DNA from: Candidatus Krumholzibacteriia bacterium
GTDB taxonomy: Bacteria > Krumholzibacteriota > Krumholzibacteriia > LZORAL124-64-63
DNA: 64,000 nt
Reading direction: 5' to 3'
Assembly: GCA_050174015.1 (NCBI GenBank)
Contig: JBFXKG010000006.1
Span: 96,001 to 160,000 of the forward strand
Notes under the pieces: generated by a model
Databases searched by the model: none
What the model was told of the DNA's origin: nothing
The model's input: only the letters and a program-made list of their open reading frames with translations
Shown: in pieces, positions 61,624-64,000 of the stretch
Layout of the letters: each line of letters begins with the position of its first letter
How positions within the stretch are numbered: the first letter of the stretch is position 1
Program-made: the position numbers and the translations under genes

Positions 61624-61640
61624 AGCACGGTGCGTACCAA
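61624..61640 (-). promoter_or_regulatory. Sigma54 (-24/-12) promoter of the candidate sRNA
   Basis: TTGGTACG-CACC-GTGCT, exact GG-N10-GC. Confidence 0.65.
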
Positions 61641-61663
61641 TAACCCGGGATCAGGATGATATT

Positions 61664-61794
61664 TTAATTCATTGCAAAAAAACGACTTGTACGATCGGAC
61701 GAAGGGGGTGAACACACGGCCGGATCCGGGACTATCAACAATTTTTACAACCAGGAGGACCATCCACGCAAGTCATTGAAAAATAATGAATTAA
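61664..61794. promoter_or_regulatory. Pair of inverted 25-bp AT-rich boxes plus an IHF-like site (enhancer region)
   Basis: 61664-61688 matches the reverse complement of 61770-61794 at 17 of 18 flanking positions; TATCAACAATTTT at 61733-61745. Confidence 0.5.
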
Positions 61795-61846
61795 CTGATA
61801 AAATAATATTACAGAAGGGGGCGGGCAAAACCCGGGAGTTTACAGA

Positions 61847-64000
61847 TCAGCGGTCCAGGCCGAAATGGCGGATCTTCTTGAGAAGATTCGGGTAGCTGAT
61901 CTTCAGCATCCGGGCGGTGGCCGATTTGTTGCCCTCGTTGACCCGCAGGGCGCGGGCGATCTCCTGGCACTCGATGCCGGCGAGGGTCTCCTTGAGGGGA
62001 GGGACGGCGCTGCCTGCGCCGGTCGCCTGCAATCCGGAAGGGATGAAACCGTCGGGCAGGTGCTCCCCGCGCAGGGCGCGATCGCCCCTGGCCAGGACGA
62101 TGGCCCGCTTGAGGACCTTTTCCAGTTCACGGACGTTGCCGGGCCAATCATGACCCTGGAGCATCTGCAGGAAGGCCCGATCGATCTCGGGGGCATCCAT
62201 GTCCATCTCGTGGCTGAAACGTTCCACGAAATGCCTGGCCAGCAAGCCGATATCGTCCACCCGTTCCCTGAGAGGCGGAATGAGCAGGGGGAAGTCCAGG
62301 AGCCGGTAGTAGAGGTCCTCCAGGAAGAGCCCTTGCCGGGACATTTCATGGAGATCGCTCTTGGACGCGCAGAGGACCCGGACGTCGACGGCGAACTCGA
62401 CGTTTGAGCCGACGGGCCGGACCACCTTGGTGTCGAGGAAGTGCAGCAGCTTGCCCTGCATGCCCAGGCTCATCTTCCCCACTTCGTCGAGAAAGACGGT
62501 CCCGCCCTCGGCTTCGGCCAGGAGCCCCCGCTTGTCGCTGTAGGCCCCGGTGAAGCTACCCTTCTTGTGTCCGAACAGTTCGCTTTCGAGCAGCGATTCG
62601 GGAATGGCCGCGCAATTGATGGCCAGGAATTTCCTGTCCGCCCGCTTGCTGAGGGCGTGGATGGAATAGGCCAGCAGACCCTTGCCGGTGCCCGTCTCAC
62701 CGTTCAGCAGGACGGTCAGGTTGCTGGGCGCCACCTTGCGCGCGAGCCCGAGAACATCGAGCATCTTGGCGTTCTGGGTGATGATGTTCTCGAAGCTCTC
62801 GACCCGTTCGATGGGCGTCGCCTCGGCGGCATCCCCGTTGCCCCTGCCCTTCTCGTGGAGGAAGAGGGCGAGGAAACCCATGTAGGTGGCCAGGAAATCG
62901 AGCGAGCTGCGGTCGAAGCCCGGAGTTCCGGCGACCCCACCCTGCCGGTTGGCCAGAAAGAGCAGCCCGAACCGGCGCTCATGCAGGGCGATGGGCATGA
63001 AGACGCAGGATTCCGCCTCGCCGATCACCGCGGGGACCTCGCGGACCAGCGGGTTCGCAGCGTCGAGCCTGGAAAAGAGGGTGGTTCCTTCGCGGTTTCC
63101 CGTCGCCAGTTCCCGGTCGAACCAGCGGGTCAGCTGCAGGCAAAGGTTCTCGGTCAGGCCGTGCCTGGCTGCGATGGTGGTCCGCCCCGCCTCGTCGTCC
63201 CCGTCGACCATGGCGATGAAACCCGAATCCGCCTGGACCTTCTCCAGCCCGGCCGTCAGCACCGATCCGAGATTCCTGGGCACCGACTGGTCGGAACGGG
63301 CGTACAGTCCAGGAAGGGCGGACAGGGCTCCCAGATGACTCTGGGTGCGGGTCACTCCCCCCAGCAAGCCGCTCTCGATGGTGTCGCGCAGGTCGACCAC
63401 GGACTTGTCCAGGTCCGCATCATCAAAACCGGCCGCGTAACGCTCGAGCTCGAACACGGTCAACAAGGCGTCGTCGAACTGCTCGAGCCGGATCTGGACC
63501 AGACCCAGGCTCCTCAGCACCCGGCAGAGCATCTGGTCGCTGACCGAGGATGCGCCGTTCTCCTGGGCGTCCATGAGGTATCGCCGCAGCAACAGGAGTT
63601 CGGCCTCCTGGGCGCTCGCCAGGCGGTACTCGGCGAAATCCAGGATGGCCTGGCACCAGAGGTGGGTCAGTCCCTGCTCACTGAAGACCGCGATGGCCTG
63701 GCGGAAATGATGGTCGGACTGGGTCCGGTCGTCCATGCGGGCGTAGGCGCGGCCCATGGTCAGGTGACAGAAACCGACCTCGTAGGCTTCGCCGCACTTC
63801 TCGCAGACGGCGATGGAGGCCTGGCTGAACGCCACGGCCTGGTCGAGGTCCCCGGACTGCAGGTGGGCCTCGCCCATGCGTCTCAGGATTTCGCCCTCGA
63901 GATCGTTGCCCGAGGCGATCCGCTTCGACTTCTCCAGACCGATCTGGTAGTTGTAGAGGGCCTTGTCCCAGTCACCCCGGCCGAGAATGACGTCACCGAG
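61847..64000 (-). CDS. Sigma54 enhancer-binding protein with TPR repeats, GAF, AAA+ and Fis-type HTH; N-terminus outside the window
   Basis: GETGTGK, NCAAIP..LLESELFGH, GSFTGA, FLDEVG, WPGNVRELE, GNKSATARML; frame open to position 64000. Confidence 0.95.
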   Translation of the reverse strand, partial: LGDVILGRGDWDKALYNYQIGLEKSKRIASGNDLEGEILRRMGEAHLQSGDLDQAVAFSQASIAVCEKCGEAYEVGFCHLTMGRAYARMDDRTQSDHHFRQAIAVFSEQGLTHLWCQAILDFAEYRLASAQEAELLLLRRYLMDAQENGASSVSDQMLCRVLRSLGLVQIRLEQFDDALLTVFELERYAAGFDDADLDKSVVDLRDTIESGLLGGVTRTQSHLGALSALPGLYARSDQSVPRNLGSVLTAGLEKVQADSGFIAMVDGDDEAGRTTIAARHGLTENLCLQLTRWFDRELATGNREGTTLFSRLDAANPLVREVPAVIGEAESCVFMPIALHERRFGLLFLANRQGGVAGTPGFDRSSLDFLATYMGFLALFLHEKGRGNGDAAEATPIERVESFENIITQNAKMLDVLGLARKVAPSNLTVLLNGETGTGKGLLAYSIHALSKRADRKFLAINCAAIPESLLESELFGHKKGSFTGAYSDKRGLLAEAEGGTVFLDEVGKMSLGMQGKLLHFLDTKVVRPVGSNVEFAVDVRVLCASKSDLHEMSRQGLFLEDLYYRLLDFPLLIPPLRERVDDIGLLARHFVERFSHEMDMDAPEIDRAFLQMLQGHDWPGNVRELEKVLKRAIVLARGDRALRGEHLPDGFIPSGLQATGAGSAVPPLKETLAGIECQEIARALRVNEGNKSATARMLKISYPNLLKKIRHFGLDR

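Overview
High-GC bacterial chromosome segment with about 43 genes, all on the minus strand except lpxH. PorV, T9SS/FlgD-Ig C-terminal domains, LpxH and a Bacteroidota-type short sigma70 suggest a diderm FCB-superphylum organism (Krumholzibacteriota/Latescibacterota-like; inference). Two housekeeping blocks (aminotransferase-arcC-purD-purE-tsaC-LMW phosphatase-rpiB-glyA-nrdR-tatC-ispB-rsfS, and cdaR-hisS-aspS-phoH-7TM/HD-ybeY-CNNM/CBS-DUF502-mgtE-recO-glyQ-glyS...ppdK) are interleaved with envelope and secreted-protein clusters. The best candidate for an undescribed system is 57.9-64 kb. A TPR-GAF sigma54 activator gene is followed by AT-rich inverted boxes, a -24/-12 promoter and a roughly 325-nt structured non-coding transcript with a branched terminator. 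A second -24/-12 promoter then drives a lipoprotein and a DUF4384/CxxCH protein, followed by a second structured RNA ending in the same AGAGCCC/GGGCTCT terminator helix. Also notable: an M6-like peptidase next to porV that lacks all three zinc ligands, and an 11-kb secreted-protein cassette between glyS and ppdK. No rRNA, tRNA, CRISPR array or mobile element was recognised. All product calls come from motif recognition by eye, not database searches.
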